Assembly (NCBI GenBank): GCA_023515725.1
Contig: JALDTO010000266.1
Location: forward strand, 1,155,580-1,219,579
Length of the DNA stretch: 64,000 nucleotides
Source of the DNA: Amoeboaphelidium protococcarum X5
Taxonomy: Eukaryota; Fungi; Aphelidiomycota
Direction: 5' to 3'
Numbering within the stretch: the stretch's first letter is position 1; each line of letters begins with the position of its first letter. A model generated the notes under the pieces. It was not told where the DNA came from. It was given only the letters and a program-made list of their open reading frames with translations, and did not search any database. Both the position numbers and the translations under genes were made by a program. Below are positions 38,071-52,070 of the stretch, piece by piece.

Positions 38071-41000
38071 ATGACTAAACAGGACATGGTGGAACATGTC
38101 AGTAAAAGATAAAAGTCTTGGCATTTAGAATGCTCTACTATTGATTAGTTAAAATACAATCTGAACATCTTATTTAACACTTGGTAGCACAACGAGGATT
38201 AGCAAAAAGTCGCGTTAGAGTGGAAATAGCATTTGACGCAGGTCTGCAATGGAAAGGATATGATCTAATGTATTTCAAAAATAATAATGGAAATGATGAC
38301 GAGAGGTAATGACGCCATTATAATTGATATCTGTTAATGTATTGGTAGTTTGGTCCTGGTAGAAGTGGTGGCGTATTAGCTCGAGTTGGCTCTCGCTGAA
38401 GACGCGGCACGTTTCACAGATTCCTTGTTCTTTTGTGCTTACTTCTCTTGCTGTCTTGGTCATAATGTCAATACTGTTATTTAGTTGGTGCAATAGAATT
38501 AGAGTACAATTAATGATATTCTGGTATCTGGCAGTGTCATCTCAAATAGGCGTTTATTGCTGAGTTTGTATCGTCTATTGGTGTCGCAGGAGCGAATGCT
38601 ATTGAACTTTGTCCCTGACTGGTCATCGTTCGTATTGCGCTGTAGTTAAGAATAAGATTTAGAATGTTACGTTTATTTAAGTCTCATTTTTCAATTGGCA
38701 TCTCCACAGTTGGTATCCCAATTGCAATATAATGATGATGAATTAGAAATGAAGGAATCGTTGGAGAGAGGTGTTGTTAAATGCGTCAAGTCTGAGATTG
38801 ATCGGTAGACTGCACTGTAATAGTTGGCATCTCATTAGTTTTGCGATCTGTCATACTTGGGAGTCTGTTAGAATGTCCTGTATATTGGACACAATTTTGT
38901 AATTATTAAGAATTTGTCTTCCTTGAGCTCGTAGATAAAGTTGGATAACTTCATATTTACCGAGACGTCATTGTCTAATCTTGAAAGTCTTGCAAGAGCT
39001 ATTTGTGAAAGCCGGAAGCCTATTTGTATCGTTGGCAGTTCATCTAGTGGCAAGTCACAGACTATATAGTATCTAGCTTCTTAGTTGAATTAGCAAGTCT
39101 CGGTGGTTCATTTGAATCATCTTACCGACTCAAAATCTTTGGTTGGTGGGCAGACAATGTCTGAGTCTGGTTCCCGTCTCTTTGAGTATAAGGAGGGTGT
39201 TTTGACCAGAGCTGCGAGACTCGGTTAGTGGCTGATTGTTGAAGATGTTAGTATGTTGAGTGAAGATGTAGTATCCCTATTTTCGTAAGTTTTACATCAA
39301 GGATTCGTACGTATTGGTCCTGGTGTTAATGATATTGTTCAGTGTCACCACAACTTTAAGGTAATCTGCACTTATCCATGTTAGAATGGTCCTGGATTTG
39401 TGTCTGATATGTCAAGTCAGGTTCAATTTAGAGACTACCGTGTACTCAATTTTGCTGAATTCTCTCTTGATGATAATAAATTGCTGTTGCACCAAAAGTT
39501 TCCTGTAGTCTCGTAGTAAGTGATCGACTGGATTATTCAAGGATACTCTTGGCTTCTGAATAACCATTAGACGTTTACCCGGTAGACTGAATTCTTTGTC
39601 ATTCCTGGTCTTAGTCAGTTATTTCAATGGTGCAGGCGCATTAGGATTTTGTTGGGAGATCATGATCATAACAATAGCAATGGTGAAGTTTTGAGTTATG
39701 AGTCTAGAGTTGCAATATTTGCCTCGGGATTTGATGTATTTTTGAGTAGCTGCCCGTTTAGTAATAGTCTGCTCAGACTGACTGTAGAGTTTGCTCAATA
39801 GATTGGCGTATCTGAAGAATCAGTTTTGTACCACATGAAGCAGAGGATACCTGATGTGTAATTGAATAGCCAAGTCATTAAGGTTGGATGTATGTAGTTA
39901 TAACGGAGATTGTCATCCAATAACACTGGTAGTAGTAGGCCAATGATTGCTTTGACTACCCACGCCAAGAAGATTGTGGAGTAGCTAGTTGTAGGAGTAC
40001 ATCCAAGTATTAAGTAGCCTGTGTTATTGGTTGGAGAGACTGGTTGCGGTAAGACGACTTTGGTCCAGTTTCTGTCTGATTGTTGTGGAATTAAAATGAC
40101 TGTTATTAATATGTCTTAGTAGTCGGAGGTCAGTGATTTACTTGGTAGTTACAAGCCCGTGGACATGAAGCTGCATGTTGCATTGCCAATCAAGGAGTTG
40201 TTTGACTCTGTATTCAGACGCACCTTCTCTGTCAAGGATAATAAAAAGTATCTTGATGCTTGCAAGCTAGCTTGGTAGTAAAGTGCTTGGAAGAGACTCT
40301 TTTAGCTCTGGAGCATGAGTTTGAAGATGTTTGCAAAGAAGAGTGCGGTATAGTCTTCTGCGATTGATCATATTCTTTTACAAGATTGGGAAAAGTTTTA
40401 GTCTATGGTGGCAGATTTTGATCTTAAAATTGCGCATTTAAATTCTTCTTCCTCTTCCTCGTAGTAGAGGTTGACTTTTGGATTCGTAGAAGGTGCTTTG
40501 GTGAAAGCGATTAAGCAAGGTGAATGGGTACTTTTGGATGAGATTAATCTTGCGACAGCCGAGACATTGTCGTGCATTAGTAGTATTCTTGATATGGATT
40601 AGCAAGAAGTCACCATTATCGAGAGCGGAGAAGTTTAGGTTATTAAGCGACATCCAGATTTCCGCATATTTGGCTGTATGAATCCAAGCACTGATGTTGG
40701 TAAAAGGCCATTGCCGGTCTCTATTAGGAGACGGTTCTTTGAGCTCTGTGTGGGATCGCCAGAGAATAATTTGGCCTAGTCTGTATGTATTACTAATGAT
40801 TCTTTGCAGGTTGACGAATCTTGTCAAGATTTTTAGGATTTGCTCATGGTGATCTCATTAAAGTTGCAAGCGCTCTTGGGTGTTGTCGATCTCTCGGTAC
40901 CTTCAGATCATTTAAATCTCATAAAATAAGTGGCTAAATTCTATTTGCACATGCGCACATTATCTCTAAATGGGCAATTGGAGATTGGCGAGGTATCATT

Positions 41001-44000
41001 AGAGTAGCCTCACTATTCTACTAGATCGCTATCCAGAGCTCTGTAATGTGCGCTGAGATTTTCTTCGCAGTTCTCTACTCTGCGATCTGTGTATGAAGGA
41101 TTGTATTTGATTTTCTGTGCTCCGCTTAACTAGAAATCCTTGGGGATTGCTGTATCCGTTCTGCAAAAGTATTTGCTGCCTGACTGCAATTCTAATGCAC
41201 TTCGATTGTTTTTATCAAAGTCTGGGGTGAAGCCTTAGGACGGTAGGAACTATGATTGGATCTGTTTATATCAATTGAATGTTAAGAAGGGTGTTCATAT
41301 GCCGGATGAGTAACAGGCTTAATTTGTGGACAAATATGTCGTCACCAAATCTGTCGAGCGTAATCTCCGAAATCTGTGCAGTACTCTCCTGAGTTCTATT
41401 CCAGTTTTGATTCAAGGGCCTACATCTGCTGGTAAGACTTCCATGATTGAATATCTTGCCATTTAAACTGGAAATAAGATGGTTCGCATAAACAATCATG
41501 AGCACACTGATATGCAGGATTATATTGGCAGTTATGTTTGGGATGGGGTGGCTCAGAATTTTGTCTTTAAAGATGGTGTATTGGTGTAAGCGCTGCGTAA
41601 TGGGTGGTGGATCGTTCTGGATGAGTTGAATTTGGCTCCATCTGATGTTATGGAGGCACTCAATAGATTGTTGGATGACAATCAAGAGCTGGTCATACCC
41701 GAGACTGGTGAGGTTGTGCGACCTAAAGACGGATTCCGTCTGTTTGCTACTCAGAATCCAGCTGGATTAGTATATGGTGGTCGTAAGCAGTTGTCCAGGG
41801 CTTTCAGAAATAGATTTATTGAGTTGCATTTCAATGACATACCTGCGGATGAACTAGAGTTAATCTTGTAGAAGAGATGTAGAATAGCTCCTAGCTATGC
41901 AAAGAAGATGATCAAGGTGTATCAGGATTTGCAATTGCACAGATCTAAGTCTAAGCTTTTCAATGGTAAAGATGGATACATGACATTGAGAGATCTATTT
42001 CGTTGGGCATCTCGTGAAAATCCTGGTGGTGAATAGCCAATTGGAGATGATGGATACATGCTTCTAGCGGAAAGGCTGAGGAATGAAGAAGAGAAGCTTC
42101 TAGTCAAATAGGTGCTTGAATAGCATTTCCGATGTTCTATCGACCCTTAGTTACTGTACGACTAAAACTAGTCTCTGGTCAATGCTGACGGTGATCATTA
42201 GCTGGTGCTGACTTCGTCTATGAAGAGGCTGTATGCTCTTGTAGATCGTGCACTCTAGCATAACGAACCTGTACTGTTGGTTGGTGTCACAGGTTGTGGA
42301 AAGACTACAGTTGTGTAGTAGTATGCTAAAATTCACTCTTAAAAGTTGGATATTGTCAACTGCCATCAGAACACGGAGAGCTCTGATTTTGTTGGTGGAA
42401 TGAGGCCTGTTAGAAATTCATCATCTCAGTGTGATCAAGATAATTAGCAGTAAGCGAAATTGTTCGAATGGACTGATGGTCCATTAGTGTCGACTATGAA
42501 GAGTGGTGGTATTATCCTGCTTGATGAAATATCGCTTGCTGATGATGCTGTGGTGGAAAGGCTCAATTCTGTCTTAGAATCATCTCGTTAGATCACTGTT
42601 ATGGAGAGAAATGATTGCGCTGAGATTTATCATATTCGTGCTCATGATAATTTCAAGTTTATTGCCACGATGAATCCGGGTGGTGACTTTGGTAAGAAGG
42701 AGCTCAGTCCTGCGCTAAGGAACAGATTTACTGAGATTTGGATCGACATAGACTGGAGTAACGTGGATGACTTGCGTATGATATTACACTCCAAACTTGC
42801 TCGTGCTTTTGGAAATAATTTGAGCTAGTTAGATGAAGCTGTGTCCATGTAGATGGGGATTATGTCTTGTCTTAGATCTATAGAGTCTTTCTCTGTGTCT
42901 ATAAGAGAAATCATTTTATGGTGTGATTTCATTGGCGATAACTTACCGCAACATTTGAATGATCATCTTAAATGCGTGCTTGAAGGATATAAGTTGGTGT
43001 TTCTGGACTCTATATCAAGTCAGCAAGGCTCTGTCAAGTAGCAGTATGCCAGTGTTATTGCATCTTATATTGATACTACTGAGTTAACTTATGGCTTGGA
43101 GCAATATGATGATTCCTTCTTTGTTGCCAGCTAGGCGCGAGTCAATGCCATAAAGATTGTCCGTGCAATGAGCTTTACAAAGGCGCGTGCTATTTTGTTG
43201 GAAGGTAGTCCCGGCTGTGGTAAATCGTCTATTGTTACCACCATTGGCAAGCTGAACAATAAGAAAGTTGTTAGAATTAATTTGTCAGAGCAGACTGATC
43301 TGATTGATTTGTTTGGTAGTGATCTTCCATCTGATGGTGGTGATAATAGTGACCAGCCGCGATTCGAGTGGAGAGATGGTCCTCTGCTGCGTGCTATGAA
43401 AGATGGATAATGGGTGCTGTTGGATGAGATGAATCTTGCCAGTCAGTCGGTGCTTGAGGGGTTGAATGCTCTTCTTGATCATCGATCTACCGTGTACATT
43501 CCTGAGCTGGATCAGTATTTTGAGTGTCATGCAGAGTTCAGACTATTTGCTGCATAAAATCCTCTATCGCAAGGAGGTGGACGTAAAGGATTACCAGCTA
43601 GTTTCCTCAATCGTTTCATTCGCATTTGGATAGATGATATGGACACTGAAGATTATCTGTCTATCTGCAGAGCACGCTATAATGGAAGCGTCGATGACTA
43701 ATTGCTTGTAAATCTCGTTCAATTTAACGAAAGGCTATCCACTCTTTGCGTTAGTGACACTAATTTTGGACAATTGGGATACCCGTGGGAGTTCAACTTG
43801 CGCGACATTTTTCGCTGTGTGGAGATTTTGAAATAATACGGAAACGGTGCGTTAAATGATGCTATCTTCCTGGTATATATTTTGAGATTTAGGTGTGAGC
43901 ATGATAGATCAACTGTGGTGGCTTTATTTGAAGAGATCTTTGGCGCATCTGGTTTTGTAGAAAGTTCTCTTGTTCCATCCTTAGATGAACACCATTTCAA

Positions 44001-47000
44001 AGTTGGAGTTTGGAGTATCGATAGATTGACCCGTAGATCATTGTCTAGTGGAACACCATCTATCCAGTATGAATAGGAGTTCTTGCGAGGGCTCAGAGCA
44101 CTGATCCAATGTTCCAACTTGGACTAAATGGCTATACTGACTTCTGATGATGCCGCAATGTGTTTTGATTTGATCAAGAATTTGGCACTTATCTCAGGTT
44201 CTGATCTGATTACGGTTAATCTTGATAGGCAAACGGATCCTTATGACCTGGTGGGTATTTTCGAACAGGATTCGATATCCTGGAGGATTGATCAGTTCCA
44301 TGCTGTGATCAAGTAAATCTATGGATTGTCATCAAGTGAGAGTGTTGATTAACTTACCGCTTTAGCTAAGGATTCTCACAAAGAGTGGCTTGTCGTGGCA
44401 AAAAAGATTGTCGAGTGTTCTACTGATGGCGATCAAGCTCAATTGTCTAGTCTTTTGCAAGGAATTGAGAGATTGATCGACGGTTAGGTGCAGTTTGTTT
44501 GGCGCGATGGTCCTCTGGTGTAAGCGATGCAAAATGGACATTGGCTCTATCTGAATAATGCCAACATATGCAATCCATCGGTACTGGATCGGTTGAATTC
44601 TGTGATGGAAGAGGATGGATGTCTTGTTGTGTCAGAACAAGGTATTGTTAATGGGGGTGTTCGGTGTGTTCAGAGACATCCATAATTTAGACTGATTTTG
44701 GGCGTTGATATTAACTATAGATGTGAACTCTCGAGAGCTATGCGTAATCGAGGTGTTGAGATTTTCTTATCATCCGATCAAGTATCTTAAGACTTACGGA
44801 GTCCAGTGTCTACTACGTTCAATCCATTGGAATATTAACTGACATGCGCTCATATCATGAAGAGTTTGAACGGGTCCGTGTCTAATTATTGGGAAATTAT
44901 GCATCTTTAGAACTCTCTGGAAGGTTTTCCGTTGTGTAATGCTATCATTGTTGAATGCGGTTTACCTGTTTAAGCATAAACTCCTATTTTAGTTGATTAC
45001 GCTCTCTGCAGATTGCAAGCATCTGCAAATGATACGGTCTCCTAATCTAAATATTTGGACCATCTAGTCAGGAGAGCGATTGATCAGTTCTCTTATTCAT
45101 TCAAGTCCATCTCACCGTCTGAGCTCCAATTTGTGATGCGATAGATTTACTATTTGTTAGTGGATCTGTGTGATTTTGTAAGATGTGAAGCTAAACAAGC
45201 TGATTGGATTTAACTAGTCCATGGTCTATAGATGGTTGTTGAGCATTTGAAGCTGGGTGAGAGTTCTGTACAGGTAGCTTACATTGACACTGCAGTGGTT
45301 AATAAGTTTCTGTCAGTCTGTAACGTGTATAATTTTTCAGAAAAGTTGTCTGCTTAGGTGTCATCTTTAGCTAGTCAGTTTTAAAATCAATCTAAACTCG
45401 CGTCTGTGGACAAGATCTGGGACTTGTGGCAAAGTTTGGCTAATTTTGATGATTTTAGCTCTGATTTGAGACATTTTAAATCTCTCGTCTTGTTAGAGTT
45501 GTTTTGCCAGAGATAAGATCTGGCCACGACATTGAAGCGGTATCTTGTGGACCATCAGTCAAGTAACATTAAGCTCATGCAAAGTATTACTCAGTAATGT
45601 TATACGTTGAACGGTGCTTTAAATCTGAGCGATGGTTTCTTTTGTGCTCGACTCTTTGATTTTCTGTAATCAGTGAACCAGATTTAGTTTATCGGAGTCA
45701 AGTCCGCGTTAGCACATCTACACCAAGTCAGGGGATTCTACACCTAGATTGAGCCTGAAGAGTTCATGTAGAATGCGATGATCAAACTATTAGTTGACTG
45801 GAGTTTTGTGCATCCTGATGGCCAGATTGTTACCACTGCATCTAGTGCTTAATCTACTGATTGGCTTAACTTGGCCGAGCGTTGGTATGATTCTTTTGTT
45901 ATCGACAATGTGTATGATCCGATGAATAGAATGAGTGGTGAGTTGGCAATGCTGTCAGTAGAGAGTCAGGATGTGGAGGCCGATCTCAAGTTGTCTTCGT
46001 TTATTACTGAGCAGCTGACCGGAAGTTAGTTATCCCCATTGACTCTATATTTGGAGCAGAAATTGTCTCACCTCAAGCGAACTTATGATGAATTGTATGG
46101 TAGATTCCCGCCTAGAGTTGCTACTTAAGAGCTTTATACTTTGCATCAAGAGTTGAAAATGTTCCGCAACACTTTGTCGTTATAAAAGATCATGTCTGTA
46201 TCGGACGCCAATCTGTTGGAGTAATTACTTGATGGGATTCATTAGTTTTAGTCTAGGCTGGCTACAAGTTATAAGGAGTATATTGATATTGTGTTACCGG
46301 TTCAAACTATTTTATGCATGTTCTATATTGGCATAACTTACCGGCTGAAGGAGATGAAGAGTTTTGTTGTTAGAGACTCATCAAAGTACATACTTCCCTC
46401 GTGGCGAGTTTATTCTAGTGCTCGACCAGATAAACTTGTTGATGTGGCTTCGGGTGCATGGGAGTATGCTTTCGCTTAATGTCGCGTATTCTATAGACAA
46501 TATGGTGTCATTCCTGATGAATTTGTATCACGATTAATTGGTTATGCTGATCAAAGAATATAAATGGAGAAGAGGGATGCTTCACTCTCAGAGACGAAAG
46601 ATTCTCTATACAAGTTTTCGGATAGAGTGGTGGACTATTTGCAGTAATCAAACTCTGATGGCCCCGATCAGTAATGGTACTTTGATGACGATGGCGAGTT
46701 GGTCATGTAAGAGGTATCTTCGGACGAAAGTACTGCACAAAGCTCTAATGAAGCACCGTCAGTCTCCTCAATGGCCAAGATGTTCTTAAGCATCTTTTCT
46801 GAAACTCAGAACAGTGACCTGCGTAATTTGACTTTATAAGGATTTGACTTGATCAGTGAAGAATTATTCGGTAGTTCTAAAAGTCAATCATGCGCTATTG
46901 ACCTTGAGCTGCAGCCTCTTATGCTCTACACTATCGACAGAAAGATCAAGATTCTCTCCAAGGTTGATTAAGATTGTTCCCTGGTTATCAACAAACTACA

Positions 47001-50000
47001 ATAGTTGATTGAACGCTGTTAGGAATTGATCACTCTATGGCCAGAGAACCCGATTTTGGTTCAGATTCTCAAGATTGCTGATCGAATTTAGAGTTTTGAT
47101 TCGGCATAGAGTTTGGCCAAGATTGTCGGTGGATTAGAGTTGCTGCTTGTCAAGCTCCAGGAGTGGTAAGATTATGCCTCTAAAGAATTGTCTCTGCAGT
47201 CATTTTTGGATGATATCTCTTAGTATGTGCTTCAGTATCGCAGAGAGTAGATCTCCAAGTGGTAGGATGCTTTACAGTTGCATGAAAGTTAATGGGTAGA
47301 GGCGGACTTTGACAAATGGCATCATCTGGCTTTCAATCTTCTGTCTCCTTTTGACAATTCCTTATCCGAGTAGAGCTATCTGGCCGGATTGTGTGATAAT
47401 CTAATCCAGTATGTGAAGAGTTCCTAGGCTGGTCGACTAGGCACCAAGTTGTAAATGTTGAAGGCTTTTGCTAGAGTAAATGCACTGATGGGTCGGCAGT
47501 CTGTTGCTGCTATGATTTAGTCTGTCGTGGATTAGTTTGCGATTTTCCTTCCAGAGTGTCAACTGTTTATCTAGAGTAAGATGGAGAAGTATAAGAAGGA
47601 GATTAAGGATATTGCTAGACTGACATCATGGAAAGACATCAACTACTTTAATTTGAAAAGCTACGTTGATGCGTCCTGTCGCAAGATCAACAAGGTCATT
47701 CACAACTACATCAATGAAGTTTTATCTGTGCCAGTAGCGAAAGTTATCGAGTAATATAATATGAAGATGTAGTCGTTGGCGTTGGATCGATTAAAGGATT
47801 GTCGTTTGATATCTCCTATCGTTCCTCCTCTAGCTTTGTCTGCATTTAAAACCCAGTAATCAAGTGAATGGAAAATTGATCTAGGATCTGTGAACTAATC
47901 ATCGTAGTCTCTAATTCGCAAGATTGATCGGGTTGGTGCTCGTATTGTTTAGTCACTTCCTCAGGTGGATGGTGTTTAGTCGTTGAATGATGAAATTCTG
48001 GATCATTTGAAAAATTTCAAGTAGATGAACAAAGATTTGGAGTCCTCTGGTCCTACAGCTGAGAATATTAGTTAAATAAAGAATCTGCGAAAGATGAAGT
48101 AGAATGCTTTAAATCGCTTAATGAAAGTATTGAAGGGTGCTGGATTAAAGACTGTAGAGAGGTTAGATCCTCAGTGCTTGATGAAGGTTGGCGTTCAATA
48201 GTCTTTGTTGGAGGTTGATAGTTGCCAGTAGCTGAGCCAACTACTTCATGAAAATGTTGCAGCATTCACAGCAATGTAAGATTAACTGGGCACATGCCAT
48301 CATCAGGTATCGAAAGATCAAGTGTCTCAATTCACCTCTCTGATTGAAAGTCTGTTGTGCAAATCTGTATCTGGTTGGACTAGTCTTAGTTAGAGCGCAG
48401 TGTAAAGTCTCTAGTCAGTTGACCAAGTCTGCAGATATCTGTAATTTTGTACTAGTAATAATGACTTGGTGATTTTGGGAGATCCTGTGAATTTATCGAG
48501 ACTGCTCTGCGTGGCTAAATCTTTGCAAGTGGTTCTAATGCAGATGGCTGTTGTGAATGATGGTGAAGAGGCGTGGAAAGCTCATATTAGCACATTGGAT
48601 AGCATTGTAGATCAGTTGTCTAAATGTCCTACTTTGAGTCACGATGTCCGTGTCGCATGTCAACTGTATTACTAAATTGGCTAATAGTTGATGTCGCTCC
48701 TTTCATCTATAGATCATGGTCATAATCAAAGGCTGCGTAAAGTCATTACAGAGGCTTAAAATGAAATTACAGAAGTCTTATCACACTTCAATGCTTCTTC
48801 ATGTAATCAAATGACTGAAGATGCTGTCTCAACTTCCAAGGTGATTGAAGGAATCCTTTTATATGTTCAGAGAGTTAGCTCTGGCGTTGATAATGAAGAT
48901 GCTAAGAGTGAAGAGATTATCGATGACTCTATTCCTCTGGTGAAAGGTTACTTTAATATCTCGGCTCGGCGATAACATGCGACATTCAATAAGTTGCACT
49001 CATCATAGATGGATCAATTGATAAACGGTGTACTTCTTTGGAGCGACTAAGCGTCAATTACACGAGTGCTTCCGTTCATCTTCAGTCTGCAATCTCTGGT
49101 GTCTAAAGTCTTTAATCAATCCGCTGCAAGTCTGGTTGAGAGTATGAGATTGTGCGGCATTTTGATTTATGTTAACACTCTTCTGATTTAGAAAGGCTTC
49201 TGCCTATCTGAGGAACTTGCCGACGCTGATGCAGGTGATGATAATGCCGTGGACGATAAGGCTCAGTTAGATGGTACCGGTATGGCGGCCGGTGAAAAGG
49301 GTGATCGCGATGTTAGTGATGAAATTGAAGATGAAGAGCAAGTACTAGGACTGAAGGATGAGATGAATGATTACGAGTAAAGTGAGGATGATGATTAGGA
49401 GTAGCAGGATAAGGATGAGGATGAGGGTCTTGATATGTAGAATGACTTTGATGGTCAGTTTGAGAGTATGCAGCGGAATGAAGACGATGACTAGGAAGAT
49501 GAGCAAGATCAAGATGATCTGGATGAGCAAATGGGCAATACTGGTGATGACAAGGATGATCTCGACGATCAAGAGGTACTTGACGAGAAGATGTGGAACA
49601 ATGACGATGAAGATGAGGATCAAGAAGAGGAGCAGGAAGAAAGGACATAGGAGGGAGTTTCGAAAGGTGATGGTCAGGCTGATGACAGTAATATTGCAGC
49701 GGCTGAGGATGAAAAGTCTGGTGATTAGAATAAAGATTAGAATGATGACCTTGACGCTGATTAGAGCAATTAGGACAATCCAGAAGTTAATGAGCAAGTC
49801 GATGAAGATGATTTTGTTGACAGGCCGCAATACCAGCGTGATAACGAGAGCTCTAATGATGTTGATAATGATCAAGAGTTGGAGTAGTAGGATTAGGAAG
49901 ATGGTGATTTGCCAGAGAACATGCAGCTGGATGATGACGAAGATGCTGTTAAGGACGTTGATATGGATCAACCGGAAGATGACTGCTAAGATGATGTTCT

Positions 50001-51969
50001 AGATACAGAAGAAAGTCCTGAAGAGAATGGAGAGGATTAGGATGGCGAAGAGGATAGTTTGGTGAATCCTATGGCTGAACAAGATCCTGTCAATGGCGAT
50101 GAAGATGAACCTGCGTAAGATTAGCCTTAACAAGAAACTGATGGCAAGGATGAGACCGTGTTGGACTAGCAGCAGATGTTGAACGATGAAGTGCAGTATG
50201 GTATTGATGCTGTCGATGGAAATTAATCCTAGATTTCCCGCTAGTAGGATGAGTTTGATGATGTCTCTGAAGACAAGTAGCAAGATAAGAAGGAACACCA
50301 GTCCCTTAATCCATCATAAAATCTTGCCTCAGATTCTTATTAGAGTAATCAGTCTTCGTTATAGACGTAAATTGGTGATTTGTAGCAAGAAAAGGGCAGG
50401 GAAGCAAATGCTAATAGAAAGTTGGCTGCGATGAACAGTAAAAAGGACTTTAAGAATGTCTCTGATGCCTCAGCTGCCGATAATTAGAATACACCATAGT
50501 CATGCGCTCTGGATGCTTAGTAAAGTTAGATGTAGGTAGAATTTGTCTAGGACGATGTTGATACTGATCTCTAAGCTCAAGGTGTTGCTACCAAAGATCA
50601 AATGGACCAAGCTAAGCAGATGGCGGTTGAGAATCCTGATGAAAATGGTGGCTAAGAAGACTAGGTAGTGGTGGATCAGGATGTTGGAGATGATTAAATG
50701 GATGTGGAAGAAGATTAAAATTTGGTATCTGATGAAATTCTACTCTCTGGTCAAGTTTAGTCCCGCAATAAGAAGGCCAAGCTCAGAGATGATGCAGAAT
50801 AGGATGATTCTTTCACAGCCTGCGATGACTAAATGTCTGTGGATGAAGAGCCTTCTGTAGATGCGGCCTTCTATTCAGAAGATCATCAATCTGGAAATCA
50901 GCTTTCATCTGAAGTAAAATTGTTGGATTTATCAGCATAATCACCATCAGCCGTCCTGAATGATTAAGAAATTGCTCAACTTTACTCTAATCATAGTATT
51001 GATATTAAAAAGAGAATTAATGCTTCGTCGCAGGTATGGAATGACTGCCTTTAGAGAACTTCGCTACTGAGTACTCAGCTGTGCGAGAAGTTGCGTCTTA
51101 TTCTAGAGCCTAATGTGAACTCACATCTCAGAGGTGATTACAAGACTGGTAAGCGATTGAATATGCGCAAAATTATACCATACATTGCCTCTCAGTACCG
51201 CAAAGACAAAATCTGGTTGAGGAGAACTAAGCCGTAGAAGAGAAGTTACCAGGTGCTCATCGCCGTAGATGATTCCAAGAGTATGGCTGATGGAAAGTGT
51301 ATAAGGTTGGCATTTGAAAGTCTAGCCTTGATATCTAGAGCCTTGACGCTGCTTGAAGTCGGACAGGTTGGAGTTGCATCGTTTGGCGAGAGTGTGCGTA
51401 TGATCCATCCGTTTGATACACCTCTTAGTTCTGGTGTTGCTTCTGGTGATGCTAATGGTGGAGCCAATATGATCAGCTAGTTCACTTTTAATCAAGACAA
51501 AACCATTGTTGGATAATTGCTATCCCAGTCAGTGTCAATGCTGCGGTAATAGAGAATGGGTAGTCGAGGTGGTTCAGGCCAGGATTTGTGGTAGTTGTAG
51601 ATTATCATTTCTGATGGTATTTGTGAAGATCATTAAAATATCTTTTAGATGGTCAGGTAGGCCACGGTGAATGACAAGATTATGACTCTGTTCATTGTGC
51701 TAGATATGGATAAATCTACTTAGAGTTAGGCTGGTAGTAAGGAGTTATAGTACTAGTAGATGTAGAGTTCTGACGCGTCCACTTAAAGGCAACATTCCAT
51801 CATGGACATGAAGAATGTGTCATTCGATGCCAATGGATAACTCAAGATGACCAAGTACATGGACACGTTTCCATTTGACTTTTACATTGTTCTGCGTGAT
51901 CTCGATTCTCTACCTTCCGTCCTGAGTGAAGCTTTATCGTAGTGGTTCGAGATGGCCAGCAGGTAGTGA
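38071..51969 (+). CDS. MDN1: Midasin/Rea1 AAA+ ATPase (60S biogenesis), ~4632 aa, apparently intronless
   Basis: All plus-strand AAA and MIDAS track fragments checked are in the frame of ATG 38071. Repeated AAA modules (GETGCGKT, GPTSAGKT, GVTGCGKT, GSPGCGKS; LDELNLAP, FATQNP, LSPALRNRF), D/E-rich linker ~49200-50900, MIDAS domain (RGDYKTGKRLNMRKIIPYIAS, AVDDSKSM, IISDG, FPFDFY); TAG TGA end. Confidence 0.95.
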
Positions 51970-52070
51970 TAACTTTGTAGATTGTGGACCAACATTATTA
52001 GATGTGGAAGTGAAAATCTTAAATTAATATATAAAATTCATTTAAAATAATTTCTCTATTCTTAATGATT

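Noticed and set aside
49313-50434. Hydrophobic or Met/Arg-rich ORFs (49345-49971, 49367-50002, 49999-50298)
   Set aside because: Alternative-frame and antisense readings of the midasin D/E-rich linker.
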